Shown piece after piece: positions 22,241 through 35,927 of a stretch of 64,000 nt of DNA. How positions within the stretch are numbered: the stretch's first letter is position 1; every line of letters begins with the position of its first letter. The translations under genes and the position numbers were made by a program. The DNA is taken from contig NC_042999.1 in assembly GCF_006345805.1 (NCBI RefSeq), positions 9,424,001-9,488,000 of the forward strand, given 5' to 3'. Source of the DNA: Octopus sinensis (lineage: Eukaryota). The notes beneath the pieces are model-generated. The model was not told the DNA's origin. It saw only the letters and a program-made list of their open reading frames with translations, and made no database searches.

Positions 22241-23721
22241 TACGGACTCCATGCAATATCTACCGTTCCACTCATGCCACCTCTGAGTAATTAATAGTAT
22301 TGATTACTGATTGATTATAGAACTAAACCGTAAAAGTCAAGCAATTAACTCGATTCATTGCAGGGACACGTGATGAAATTTGTTTTTCTCGTCTGATAAA
22401 AATATTTTACTTAAAAACAAATTTCAATATTCTGCATAATTCTCATAACGTGCAACAGCAAAGAATTCCTGAATAATTAAAATATTTAATGCAAAACTTT
22501 AATTATTTTGCTGTAAGTACTGCTTTCTCTCTTTCTTTTAATTAAAAATAACAGGTCGTCAAATTGGTCTTCAACCGCCTGTATTAATTTGTAGTCTGAT
22601 TGAAATTAATTTAGCGAAGATGTGGAAGAATGTAGGAAGGAAGAATCTAGGAAGGATTAGACGTTTAAGTTTATTAGCAAAATTAAATGATTTGTTAATG
22701 AAGTCTTGAGTTACGAGAGAGTAACCTTTATTGGAACGGGTTATTCTCTGAGTGTACCCAGTAGATTGATAGATGGGGAAAAGAAGGTACATGGCCTTCT
22801 GGTTAGGGCATCGCACTCCCGACTGCATGGCTGTCGTTTCGACTCCCGGACTGGGCGATACGTTTTTTTCTTGAGGAAAACACTTCATTTACATTGCTGC
22901 AGTTCACTCCGCTGTAAACTTGTGATGGACCAGAACCCTGTGGCTAAATGCCATCCTGTTCAGAGGCAATTTTGATCACTCACCCACCTTGGAACGGGAT
23001 AATCTATGAGTGCTAAGACGGAGAAAGAGAAGGAAACAAAGAGAGATGATGATATTAAACTAGAAAGAGAGGAAGGGAAACAGCCTATCCAGCCATGAGG
23101 TGGTTCGTAAAAAGGCTGGCAATCTGCAATGTAAAATGACAAATTTGAAAAAAGAAGGGTAAAATAATAACACAAAAAAATAGTCTATTATCCCCCCACC
23201 ACCGTATCAACCTGTTTTGTCTTCTGGCATGTTTCTGCCATATTTGTTGTTTATTTTTTTCTCCTGTCTCCCCCTTTTTGTAGTTCTGGTAATTGCTCAT
23301 TATATAAATAGATTGGTTGCTTATATCTCTAGGATTGATCAAATTGATGAAGACGCTTCTGATGCGAATCCAATAAAATTTGAAAATCGAATAATGTTGT
23401 TCATCATTTTATCAATCGACAGAGAAAAAAGCTAAATTAACTCCGTCTATATATGTACGATAGGTTACATATGCTTATATCGTACCTCCAGACTGTGTGG
23501 CAGGTCTGTTAATATTCAATTAAGTATTAACATGGTATGTAAATTAGTAACTACAGGTTTCTGCATGAACAGATTGGCTACTCATTGCTCTAGGATCGGT
23601 GGAATTGATGGAGGCACCAATGATGAGAATCCAATAAGATTCCAAAATCGATTAAGGTTGTTCATAATTGTTTCAAGCTACGGAAAAACAGCTAAATTAT
23701 CCTTCTTTATATTCCTATGCG

Positions 23722-23759
<38 letters not shown>

Positions 23760-23803
23760 CCACATATACACACACGCAAACAAACATAAACATATATATA
23801 TAT

Positions 23804-23845
<42 letters not shown>

Positions 23846-24404
23846 CACGCACACATATATTTTTCTCTTCCAACCAATTCATTCGGTCCATCAATAAATA
23901 TTACATTCCAACGAATTGTCCCACTGGAAGCATCAGATTCTTACCTCTTCCTCGCGGTAGACCAATTCATTCCCCTTTTCGCACCATTTATCCTCCCTAA
24001 TTTCCGTCGCAGACTATCAACGGTCTCCTTATATTTCACTGTTTGCTTTATAAATTGCACTCTCCGCTTACAAGATGGCCGCTGCCGTATAAGATTTCGT
24101 TGTAAATGTTTGCCTTAGTAACAGCCAGCCGATGCCCGTGTGTTGTTTTATCTGATCCGCTAAATTGCACCAAACACAGATATTAACTGTAATTTTTCTC
24201 ATGGAAGCGTAGTATTAACAACTTCCTCTGCTGCTTATTATTAGAACTATTAAAATGAGAAATAGGATCGGCAACGAGGTTTATGAAATGGCAAACAACC
24301 GTTATGTATTTCAAAACGCGTTTCATGGTTTCTAGCATCGCTATGATGATGATGATGATGATCATCATCATCATCCTCACCACGGCGACGACGACAACAA
24401 CATT

Positions 24405-25085
24405 ACTTCTTTTCAATTTTGGCACAAGGCCAGCAATTTTGAGCAGAACGGGCAAGTTGATTTATCAACCCAAGTACTTGACTGGAACTTTATTTTATCG
24501 TCCCCCCGAAAGGATGAGAAGCAAAATTGACCTTGGTTGGATTTGAACTCAAAAGGAAAAGAGTCACAAGAAATGCCTCTAAGCGTTTTGTCCAAAGCGC
24601 TAACGGTTCTGCTGCAAGAACAACGATAACAATCATCATCATCATTATTATTATTATTATCTTCAGGCAGCGAGCTAGCAAACTCGTTAGCACGCCGGGC
24701 GAACTGCTTAGTGATATTTCGTCTGCCGCTACGTTCTGAGTTCAAATTCCACCGAGGTCGACTTTACTTTTCCTCCTTTCGGGATCGATAAATTAAGTAC
24801 CAGTTGAATACTGGGCTCGATGTAATCGACTGGCCCCCTTCCATCAAAATTGCTGCCCTTGTGGCAAAATTTGAAACCATTATTATTATTATTATTATTA
24901 TTATATTTTTTATAAAAGGCGGCGAGCTTGCAGAATCGTTGGGAGTTTAAATTCCACCGACGCCAAATTTGCCTTTCATCCTTTCGGTGTTCATAAATTA
25001 AAGTAGCAGCCAAGTACTGCGGTCGACGTAATCGACTTGCCCGGTCCGCTCAAACTGCTGGCCTTGTGCTAAAATTAGAAAGAAA
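24405..25085. mobile_element. Cluster of three older family A SINEs (24405-24613 minus; 24666-24902 plus; 24917-25085 plus)
   Basis: Each has the GGCGAGCT head and/or the GGCCTTGTGC tail ending in (ATT)n-type repeats. The first two are head to head. Confidence 0.8.
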
Positions 25086-25436
25086 CAAAGATCATTACCC
25101 TTCTTCCTCAGTATGAATGGGTAACCACATAAAACGCTCACGTCAGGTGCAAACGATATAAGTAGCACAAAATGCCAAGGTAAACCACATCCTTTTAGTA
25201 TGTCCAGTTATTTTAAAGTCAGAAAATATCCACAAAAGCGATAGAGTCAGCAGCCACGTTCACTGGACGATATGTGGAAACGCCGAAAACGAAAACTGAG
25301 AAAAAGTAGCGCTAATTTGTCTCAATCAATACATATTGGGACTCGGATAAAAAAAAACTTGGATATACTCGTGCAGACTGACATAGAATAGTCTTTTCAA
25401 ATGGCTAATAATGTGTGCGCGCGCCACTACTACACA

Positions 25437-25595
25437 CATTGGAGAGGGCGCACACTCTCCTACCCTGATGTAATCTCCAGGGATACAGGCATCCAGCAAC
25501 CGGACCTCCGTAATGCCATGATGGACCGTGAAGTCTGGCGTAGCATGGTAAATTCCATTGTCTCGACCACGGTCGAACAATGATGATGATGATGA
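25437..25595 (+). mobile_element. 5'-truncated RTE-clade LINE 3' end
   Basis: RGRTLSYPDVISRDTGIQQPDLRNAMMDREVWRSMVNSIVSTTVEQ* followed by a (TGA)n tail. Fits the RTE C-terminal GR...Y.D.L..DTG....L..AM.DR..WR pattern. Confidence 0.75.
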
Positions 25596-25934
25596 CATAG
25601 AAACCATGTCGACATAATTAACGAAAATAGGAACGAAAATCGCAGGACTCTAAAAGATCTGCCTAAAACATCGCCCGAGAAGGAGTTTGAAAACTTAAAG
25701 TAGAAATATCTTAAAATCGAAATAAACAAGATGTGAATGAAAGTGAATATTAGGAGAAGCACAATATTGGTAATGGCTCTGGTAAAGAAAGATTATGGAC
25801 AAATACATAAAGTATATCATAATTTACAATTCTATACACGTTCCAATAAATAAGCAATTTGTCAGAAAACCCGACGTGAAACAACCCATGCCGCTGGCAC
25901 AATGCGCCATAAATACATTCACCACTCAATACTA

Positions 25935-27207
25935 TTAGGTCATCCCATAAATAATGCGGTTGTTTATACATTTTTTATTTTTCAAAATTAAGATAAAGTT
26001 ATTTTTTAATCTAAAATATACTCTCCTTCATGTTCTACAGTGCTCTTCCGTCTATCTGGTAAATTTGCTAGGCCCTCTTTTCTAAAATTCACTTGTCCGT
26101 GACGAAAAAATACTCTTCCAGTACTGTTCTGACATCGTCTACAGAATTCATATTTTTTTTCCCTCCAAATGATTTTGAAGACTACGGAATAAATGATAAT
26201 TAGATGGGGCAATGTCTGACGAATATGGTGGGTGAGGTATCGTTTTCCATTCAAACTGCTCCAGCTTTTCGAATGTCATCCTCGCTCTATGTAACCGAGC
26301 ATTATTCTCATGGGAGAACACCTTTCGTCTTCAAACCAAAATTGGTCGTTTTTCCTCTAGTGCTGATTAAAGCCACTCTAGCTGCTTACAGTAGATCTCC
26401 TTTGTTATTGTTTGGTTTAGGTTTAAAAGTTCTAAGTGAACTAAACCTTTCATATTTCCCCAAACAGATAACAGTACCTTACGTGGGTGAAGACCTTCTG
26501 TAGTCTGGGGTGCCAGTGTTTCTCCTTTCTCCACCCACTGTCTTCGGCGCTTGACATTTTAATATAGATTCCATTTCTCGTTATCAGTCACTATTTGGTC
26601 CAAAGAAGGTTCATTCGTGAGATATGGCAGCAAAGAAGAGCACATATTCACTCTGCGCGTGATAAGACCCGCAAAGTTTGTGAGGAACCCATTGACCCAA
26701 TTTGCTGACATTTCCGATGGCTAGCAGGTGTCGGTGAATGGTTGAATGACCAAATCCAAACTTCTCTGCTAGTTCCTCAACAGTTACAATAGGATTTTGT
26801 TCCATCAGGGTTTGCAGGATGTCCTCGTCGAACTCTACGGATCTTCCAGGACGAGGCTCGTCTTCTAGGTTGTAGTTTCCACCTCGGAATTTCTGGAACC
26901 ACCGTTGACAGAGGTTTACGCTTATTGTCCGATCCCCATATACTGCATTAATATTCCTCGCACTTTCCGTTGTGTTGAACTCATAAAGCAAAATATGTCG
27001 AATATGCCCCTTTGTCACTTCCATTATAACATTGATAATATAACTATTAAAATCAAACCACACTCTTCGAAACTTGCACTAAGAATAAATACAAGGTGAA
27101 ATTACTACCTGCTTTTATAGCAAGTCAATGCAGGTCGTTGATCCTGTCCTCCTCCGGTTCTTAGTTCAGGCAATTGAAAAAACTGCATTATTTATGGGAT
27201 GACCCAG
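25935..27207 (-). mobile_element. Full-length mariner (DD34D-type) transposon with a decayed transposase (27024 to 26006)
   Basis: 25-bp TIRs (TTAGGTCATCCCATAAATAATGCGG and counterpart, 3 mismatches). TA on the left, CA on the right. Motifs MEVTKGHIRHILLYEF, PRPGRS, WVPHKL, HPPYSSDIAPSNYHLFRSLQ and EGEYILD. Several stops and frameshifts. Confidence 0.95.
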
Positions 27208-27671
27208 CACAACTCAACAACAGTTCAACAACACAATCACTACATGACCACCGCTAACAGAATTAAACACACACAAGTACAATCAAACTCTAATTTGCTA
27301 TCAGCAGCAGACGCCACACAGCGAGGGATTACAATTCCACTGTTTATACACAGACCCATATAAGTGGTATCTGAATAAGTATATATGTCTGTGAGTAAAT
27401 ACGGTGGCCATTTTAGCTTCATGTGAGCGTATCAGGTCGGCTAAATAGCAGTCTAATGAGTAGCAAATGATTTATATGCTATTCATTTTGGATTCTGTGT
27501 AACAGAATATATGTTATCACTAAACTGCTACAAGTTTCAACGCAAACTGCTGCAGTTTTATAAACATCAATCTCAGCAGGTAAATAGAAAACAGCGCTCC
27601 ACGGGGTATCCTTACGTCTACGTTCATTTATCAAATAAACACACACACATATATACATGAATGTTTATATA

Positions 27672-28895
27672 CAGGGATTGGACAAAATAATGGAAACACC
27701 TAGCATCATAGCATCATAATTTTGAAATATCCATAAAACGTTAAAAGCTTGTTTACTTTTATGCTTTTTGATTTATTGTTAGTGTTGCTTAATATGTTTT
27801 GCTACAATTGCTGTTTCTTTTCAGATCTCATCAGAAAATGGTAATTAAAATTCATTAAGACTTTCAAACAGGTCAAATTATTCGTGCTCGTATGGCAGGC
27901 GCTAGCGTAACGAAAACAGCCGAAATGTTTGGTGTATCAAAGAAGTACTGTTTCATAAGTAATGACAGCCTTTGAGAAAGAGGGGGAAACCTCCACGTCG
28001 AAACAAAACTTCAGAAGAAAACCAAAACTTTCAGATAGGGACCGTCGGACTCTTACACGAATTTTTAGAAACGATCACAAAGTACAGCTCCCAAAATTAC
28101 TGCAGAGCTCAATGACCACTTCGAGAACCTAGTTTCCACAAAAACTGTTCGCCGGGAGCTACACAAAGCCAGATATCACAGGAGGGATACAATCAGAAAA
28201 CCACTAGTTTCAAAAACAAACATTGCAAAGCGTTTAGAGTGGAGTAAAAACCTACAGAATTGGTCCCTCGAGCAGTGGAAGAATGTTATTTTCTCGGACG
28301 AGTCATCCTTTACCTTATTTCCGACCACCGGCCAAGTATACGTGTGGAGATAGCCAAAAGAAGCATTTGACCCAGACCGTCTTCTCCAAACATGGAGATG
28401 ATCTGCTGGGGCTATATCTTGGAAATCCGCCGGCACAATGGTTTCCCTTCATGGCAGAATTAATAGTCAAGACTATTTAAGCATTTTATCTGATCGAATT
28501 CATCCTATGGTTTCGGAACTGTTTCCGGAGGCGAATGCAATATTTCAAGATGATAATGCACCAATTCACACAGCTAAAGTTGTTACTGAATGGCACGAGG
28601 AACATTCTAGTGAAGTTGAACATCCTATCGGACCACCACAGTTACCAAATCTTAATATTATCGAACATTTATGGTGCATTTTAGAAAACAAGGAGTCGAT
28701 ATCCTCCACTACAAGAACTGGAGACTGTTTTAGCTGAAGAATGGACAAAAATTCCTTTAGAAACAATTCAAACTTTGTACGAGTCCATACCTCTTAGAAT
28801 TCAAGCTTTAATTACTGACAAAGACGGTCCTACATCATATTAAAATAAATTTGTTTGAAATGTTAAGGTGTTTCCATTAGTTTGTCCAACCCCTG
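27672..28895 (+). mobile_element. Full-length Tc1-like (DD34E-type) transposon, decayed
   Basis: 30-bp TIRs, 28/30 identical (CAGGGATTGGACAAAATAATGGAAACACCT), with TA on both sides. Motifs GQII.ARMAGASVTKTAEMFGVS, VIFSDESSF, FQDDNAPIHTA and NLNIIEHLW. Confidence 0.95.
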
Positions 28896-29150
28896 TATGT
28901 ATATATATATATATATACACACGAAGAAATCTGTTAGATATATATAGAGAGAGACATGCACACACATTACACACTGTCACGCATACACATTTTGTACCAT
29001 CTGTATGTGGTATATCGTGTACAGGTCCAAACATACACACACACACGTTATGGATAAATTTTATGACTTATTTTTTTTCAGAGACAGTGGAACAGTCAAG
29101 CGTCGGAGAGCATAAAGATCAAAGTTGTAACTTAGAAGAAGGCAGCTGAC

Positions 29151-29745
29151 TTGGAGGATTGGAAGCCATCTGAATATTTGAAAAGAGTTAACTGTATCAT
29201 GAGAATTGACGTCGGGTATCAAAATGCCGACATAAGGATTGCAGCGCAATGCTTTGTAGACACTGTAAAGGCTGGAAGATATGAGGTGGACAGCTGCAGC
29301 AAAAACCACGAAGCCGTGGCCAGCAGGACAGGTTTTGACTGCGTCCGCACTCCGGTATTATTCCCGCATCTTTCAACAGGGCCTTAGACGCAATTTGCTG
29401 CACCAGGCGGTCAAACCCCGGCTGGAGAAGTTTGCTGCTGCAGGCCATATGTGTGGCAGCAGGATTTAGCTGCTTGCCATACCTCCGAAAAGAGTCACAA
29501 GTGATTGTCGGTGAATTTCTATGACTTCAACAGAAGGCCTCCAATTACCTGATTGTTATCCCACGGACTAATGTGTGTGAGGGAAGCGGTTGAGAAAGAC
29601 ATCAGCCATTCTTCCCACGACATCTCGGCTGAGCTGGTGGCCAAGAGGAAGATCGTCATAAGGACTCAGTGAGGAACGCATGCGTTAGGTGTCGGAGCCG
29701 TTTTGGGGTGGTGGCGGAAGCTGAGGGCGGCTGCTTTGAGCAAAC
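29151..29745 (+). mobile_element. Internally deleted maT/DD37D-type transposase relic
   Basis: N-terminus EDWKPSEYLKRV, then PYVWQQDLAACHTS..LSVNFYDF and C-terminal VRNAC.RCRSRF..VAEAEGGCFE. No TIRs recognised. Confidence 0.7.
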
Positions 29746-29829
29746 TTTTAACTCGTGGCCATATTCTAGTTTCTTAAAGATACATTTAACCTTGGATGAG
29801 GTATTGTTTTCTTTTCCTTTTATTTCAAA

Positions 29830-30476
29830 CTTAGCCCGAATACCTTATATCTACATCTTTGTCGTTACAAGGAATTCTGTTGGTCTCTCACTCAACTGCA
29901 CCCCACACAAAATAATCAAGGGGATTGCAGTCTGGGGAGTTAGGTGGCCAGATGTTAGGAGTGATGTGGTCGAAGAAATTGTCTGACAACTATGGCTGGG
30001 TTCTCCTGCATGCGTGGCGTGGTGCAGAATTCTGTTGCCAGACATAGAGTGTTCTAGCAGTCCCCCTCTTGACTCTATCTCCACCAGGCACTATCTCCAC
30101 CAGGCACTTGATGTAGGCTTCCGTGTTGAGTGTGAGGCCGTGTGGGAAGATGAATGGAGGCATAACATCGCCATCACTAGTGATCGCTCCAAACACCATG
30201 ATGTGGAATGGATGTTTGCTTTTTCTCACTCCCGGTACATCTCCTCAGATTGACTCCCAAATGTTGGTATTGAAACTTCCGGCGCGAATGCCAAACAGCA
30301 CAGCATGTCGTCTCCAAATTTCTGGCAGAGTGAATTGCATCTTGGTGCTGTTTTACTCACAGACAGTGCTGAATTGTTACTACTATACTGTGTAGTCAAC
30401 AAAATCAAAACTATGCAACTCGCATGCGCGGAATAAAAAATATGAAATGGTAACAATTTACTCATCGCACTGTGTA
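29830..30476 (-). mobile_element. Internally deleted maT/DD37D transposon (5' TIR at about 30450-30476)
   Basis: MQFTLPEIWRRHAVLFGIRAG is fused to KHPFHIMVFGAITSDGDVMPPFIFPHG...YVWQQNSAP...WPPNSPDCNPLDYFVWGAVE. There are 37 residues between the second (D>N) and third catalytic positions. Ends CACTGTG|TA. Confidence 0.85.
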
Positions 30477-30743
30477 TATACTGATGCATCTAGTCCGAAA
30501 CCCAGCACCCATCACCACCACCAACACATGAGAAAACTTGGTAATTCTTTGTTTCATCGCTACGGATGTTTCAGCATTCAGCAACACATGACGTCATAAT
30601 ACAGATGCAAGCACTGGCCAGTGTGGAGCAAATACGTTGCCAGACAGTTGAAGAGGAGCTACATGTATGTGACCAGTAACAGCAACCAAATTAAAGCAGA
30701 CATGAGATACAGGCCAGTTGTGGGGGAGTAAATAAAAGAGATA

Positions 30744-30970
30744 TATTTCTTTACTACCCACAAGGGGCTAAACACAGAGGGGACAAACAAGGACAGATCA
30801 ACGGATTAAGTCAATTACATCGATCCCAGTGCGTAACTGGTACTTTCGACCCCGAAAGGATGAAAGGCAAAGTCGACCTCAGCGGAATTTGAAATCAGAA
30901 CGTAGCAGCAGACGAAATACGGCTACGCATTTCGCCCGGCGTGCTAACGTTTCTGCCAGCTCACCGCCTT
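30744..30970 (-). mobile_element. Full-length family A SINE monomer
   Basis: Complete head and tail. TSD ATAAAAGAGATA at 30732-30743 and 30975-30986. Confidence 0.9.
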
Positions 30971-33597
30971 TCATATAAAAGAGATAGTTTGGGAAACCGA
31001 TTGACACAACCACAGACTGGACTGATGTTTGTAAGGGCAGAGGTTAAAGTGCATAGAACAGGGACTTTGGTCACTTTTACTTGACCTTATGATAGGAGAG
31101 TGAGGCGCAAATAACTGCCGGGAGCTAATGGCGCCGCCACAAACTCTACCGTAACCCAGCACCTACCACCACAAACACACAGACATACGTGCGCGCGCAT
31201 ACACACGCAAAGATACAAGTCGAAGCATATACACATACATAGAGAGTGTGTTTGTGCGCATACACACGGATACATTGCACACACACACAGAGACGCGCAT
31301 TGCAAATAAATGAAACATAAATAAACCCAGCGTGTGAATAGTCTACGTAAATATTTCCAACCAGGTTACTACATATATTACTTTTATTATGAATTCCACT
31401 CTTATGTGAAGTGTCCTACAATAACACGATCCTGGCACTTAAGCCTGAATCTCAAGTGATGCAGCTTAACAATAAATTATGTTTAAGGCTATGTACGATA
31501 GTTAAAATATTTCATATCGGATAATTTTAGAAATGGAATTTCTGAAACATTAAGTATAACTGCGGATGCAAAATGTAAGGCGGCCAACGATAATGTCTTG
31601 TTGAATGTAAATGTTAGCATTCTCATCGGTATTGTATTTAGAGAGGCGAAATTAAACAATGCCGTGATCCATTCTCCATAAGTACGTTGCTGTATGTATT
31701 TGTGTGTGTATGCGTGTCTATATAGATTGTGCAATTCCTCAATGTAATTTTGTCAGCTGTGTGTTGTCTCGTTGGCGTAAGAACCGTGCTTGTTCGGTAC
31801 TCTGCTAATGTGTGGTTCGATTACCGTAGAGGAAAATTTCTGGGGGGTTTTTTTTCGCACTTATCAAAGGGGATTTTAACTGATATATAAAGGGCAGTAG
31901 GCTGACAGAATCGTTAACACGCCGAACCAAATACTTAGCAGCATTTCTTCCGGGCTGATTCCGTGTTCGGATTTGCCTTTCATAATTTCTTTGTCGCTAA
32001 AATAAGTACCAGTTGAAAACTAGAGTCGATCTAATCGACTTGTCCCTCTCCTGAAATTGCTGGCCTTGTGCAAAAATGAGAACGAAATAACAATTCTAAT
32101 TGCCTTATCGCAGCTCCGTCAAGTACCTTTCTACTGCTGAAGTGGATCAATATAAATAAAAATCAATAAAAACCATTGGTGAATCAAACCCCCGTTGGAA
32201 AGGTTACTTCAAATACTTTTAATCGAAACCTCAAAGATGATGGAATTTTCGGTGATGTCAACATGGTATATACTTTTTGACTTATGTACGATGCACTAAC
32301 CGTTTACAATATCCAATAGTTCTAGCCACAAAAGTCAAACTAGTATGTCTGGTTATCATGTCTATCATATTGGTCATATATTTTAAGGAATGCAAATATA
32401 ACTAACCTGACCGTCACATATCTTTTAACTTTTACTTGTTTCAGTCATTGGTCTGAAACTCTGACGAGGCAGCCACCTTGTGACTGCTTGCTCATGGCGT
32501 CAATGCGCACGTGGTTGAACACTCCAGAAACACGCTTAGCCTTAGCGTCGTTCTCGGAGACATTCAGCAAGACACGGCAGAGTGTGGCATGGCTGGCCTT
32601 TTGTATTACAGGTATAACCCCTTTGTGCCAGCTGAGTGGGCTGGAGCAATCTTTCTATAATTCTGGGGTGTTGCATTAGCCCTTAAAATTGTCAATAGGT
32701 TCACCATCATCATCATAACCATCAGAGAATCAGCATCATCGTTTTCCTCATTATTTGATTTAACACCATCACGCGATCGTTTGGTGCAATTAGTCGAATA
32801 ATCATTCTTGTAAATAATCGGGGAGGTACTTCTAGCTGTGTGTACTTTCTTCTCACCAGTTACGGGCCCTTAAAAAGGGCAATGGATACTTTCTCTCTTT
32901 TACCTAAGCCTTAAGAAAAGCAATCGCCCTTATTATCATCGCCATTGTCAACATTATGTTTTTCATTTTCCTTTCTCTTCTTCAAGTTTCATTTTCTTCT
33001 TCTTCTTCTTCTTCTTCTCCCTTCGCTTTAGATGATCTTTAATAGAGGTTTATCTTTAATCAAATTAAATGTTATTGCGTCACAGATAATCAATTAGTTG
33101 CTTTCGTCAGACAAACTAACGAAGGCACCTAAACTCAAAACTTCGAAATCACTCAACATTTCCCCATGCCGTTTCCCTTCCCCCACCGTCTTAAATATAT
33201 GCTAAGTCATTGCCTTGTGTGTGAGTGTGTTTTGTGGTTTCTTCTTAAATTATTTTGTTCCGGAATTTAGATTCACTGTCCATTCTTTTGTATTCGTACT
33301 TTTACAAAGTTGTGTTGTTTGCAAGTAAGAGCATCGTGTTGGGCATTATCCCAACCAGCTGCAACAAACAGAAATGGAAGCAGTTTGGCAAACAACGTTT
33401 ACTCTTCAACTGCACATTCATTGAATTTATTTTTTGGTTCAGATGCGTTTTATTTTATGTGTGTGTTTTCTTTAATCGCTTAAATTCCGGTAATGTACCG
33501 AAAGAACGAATAGGAGAGATTTATAAAGAATGCAAGATGGAGTCGGAGACGGGGAACGCAAGAAAGACACAAGGAGAAAGGTAGGTATACAGAAAGA

Positions 33598-34010
33598 AAG
33601 GCGGTGAGCTGGTGGAATCGGTAGCACGCCGGGCGAAATGCCTAGCAGTATTTTGTCTGCCGTTACGTTCTGAGTTCAAATTCCGCCGAGGTCGACTTTG
33701 CCTTTCACTTTTCGGGGTCGATAAATTAAGTACCAGTTACGCACTGGGGTCGATATAATCGACTTCATCCGTTTGTCTGTCCTTGTTTGTCCATTCTGTG
33801 TTTAGCCCCTTGTGGCTAGTAAAGAAATAGGTATTTCGTCTGCCGCTACGTTCTGAGTTCAAATTCCGCCGAGGTCGACTTTGCCTTTCACCTTTCGGGG
33901 TCGATAAATTACGTACCAGTTACGCACTGGGGTCGATATAATCGACTTCATCCGTTTGTCTGTCCTTGTTTGTCCATTCTGTGTTTAGCCCCTTGTGGCT
34001 AGTAAAGAAA
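33598..34010 (+). mobile_element. Family A SINE dimer (head plus two 184-bp units)
   Basis: Internal junction AAAGAAATA|GGTATTTCGTC. A 16-bp TSD TAGGTATACAGAAAGA lies at 33582-33597 and 34011-34026. Confidence 0.92.
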
Positions 34011-35833
34011 TAGGTATACAGAAAGAGAGGTAAAAGGAGAGAAGGAAAAGTGAGAGATGGTGTAAAAGTGTAGAAGCTGTTTGGATATAAAGAGTAGAAA
34101 TAAAATGAAGGGAGTTATAGGAGGAAATAAAAGAATCATTAAGGAATTACTAAACAGATCCCTCAAATCACACTCGACCATCATATATGTGTATGAGCTA
34201 AGGCTGAAGACCACTACATCGTAGCTAGATGTAGTAGTAATAACAACCAAATATCCCTCAAATCTCATACTATGTGTAAGAGCCAATGAGGGAAGAAGAC
34301 GGGATGAAGAGGACAATGATACAGAGAATGACAGATCGGTCATAGCTGCAGCGATTTTGATTATAAGTGCAATGTGTTAGATTGGCCTAGGGTTAAACAA
34401 CAAAGAGCTGTTATTCGTGAGAAAAGAGTTTTAGAAGAGAGAAATAAGAAATAAGCGTAAAAGGTTTGTTGTTTTCATATCTAACTGAAAGTTACTCTCA
34501 AACTGAATCCACAAAGCGGCAATCCACCTAATACAGTTGAGGATAAAAATAATACACAGCATAGAGATGCTCCAGCATGACCGCGGCAGCATGGCTGAAA
34601 TGAGTAAAAGAGTATATGCACGAAACTCACAGCAACATGTACGTTCGCAAAAACTGTACACTGTCTTGGGATAGACACCATTACACTCTGATGCGAAATA
34701 ATAGCCAGATGGGCCCCTGGCAGAGAGCACATCACACACCATCTGCTTGACAGGTAAAACCAACGAGATAAGCATAGAATACAGCGGTTTTAGATACTTA
34801 ACTCAAACTATATATATATAAATACAACCAGTACAAGAATATGTGTGTGTGTGTGTGTGAAAAGGCTGAATTATATTTCGTCCTTTAATTTAGAGGATTT
34901 AAAAAAAAAAATAATAAAACAGATTTCTAATATAGATTCTTCATATTTTGCTGGTAGCTTACTGGTGTAAGTTTGCGAATACGAAAAGAATAACTTGTAT
35001 AATGGTGTGTTGCGAATTTATGGAAAGGAATCCCATAAAACTCAAGAAATTTGTTAAAAATGGAGGAGAGATATTAAAATTTAAAAGAATTTTCATCCAT
35101 GCATACGATCGTTTCAAACAGCAATATTAAAACATGCAAATTCATGGTAGAATAGAAATAATTAAATTAATTTGATTAAATTAAATTAATTATATATCAC
35201 TGTTCTCAGTGCAAGAAGTATAAACTGAAAATTATTATTACAGAGGAATTGATAAATAAAATAGCTGAGAATGATTTGGGGGTATATTCATATTTATCTT
35301 TGAGAAAGACGGGCATCATAATAAAGAATGCGAGTCTAGTTAGGTATCAACTAAAACTATATATGTGTGTGGTGGGAAGAGAGAGAGATGATGCTCTTGT
35401 GAAAACAAAGCGGTTCTCTATATTAGTAATGCTTCACCAAGTGGAGCGGGAGCGAATCTAGAAAAAAAACTGGTTACAAAAAGAAATTCTTAATCGTACA
35501 TGCATGCGTGCTCCTGCATATAAATATAGACTTATTTTATTTAATAATCAAAATCATTCTGAAGAATCTGCATTAATTCTGCACCGGTAGAGTGGGATGA
35601 TATCTCGGTGTTATATTAATATCTATATGGGAGGGTTTTTTGTGTGCTTGTGTGTGTGTGTTGTGTGTGTGCGCGTTCATGCGTATAGGCTCCAAAACCA
35701 AGTGTGTACTCTTTATGTATCCCTTTCTGTTCTGTAAATCCCATGGTCTTTCGTGACCGAAGGGGTATGCATATATATATATATTATATATATATATATA
35801 TGGTTATTCTTGACCGAAGGGGTATGCATATAT

Positions 35834-35927
<94 letters not shown>

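Noticed and set aside
32455-32500. CTGACGAG with a hairpin, as a hammerhead
   Set aside because: There is no GAAA after stem II. It adjoins an old family D body.
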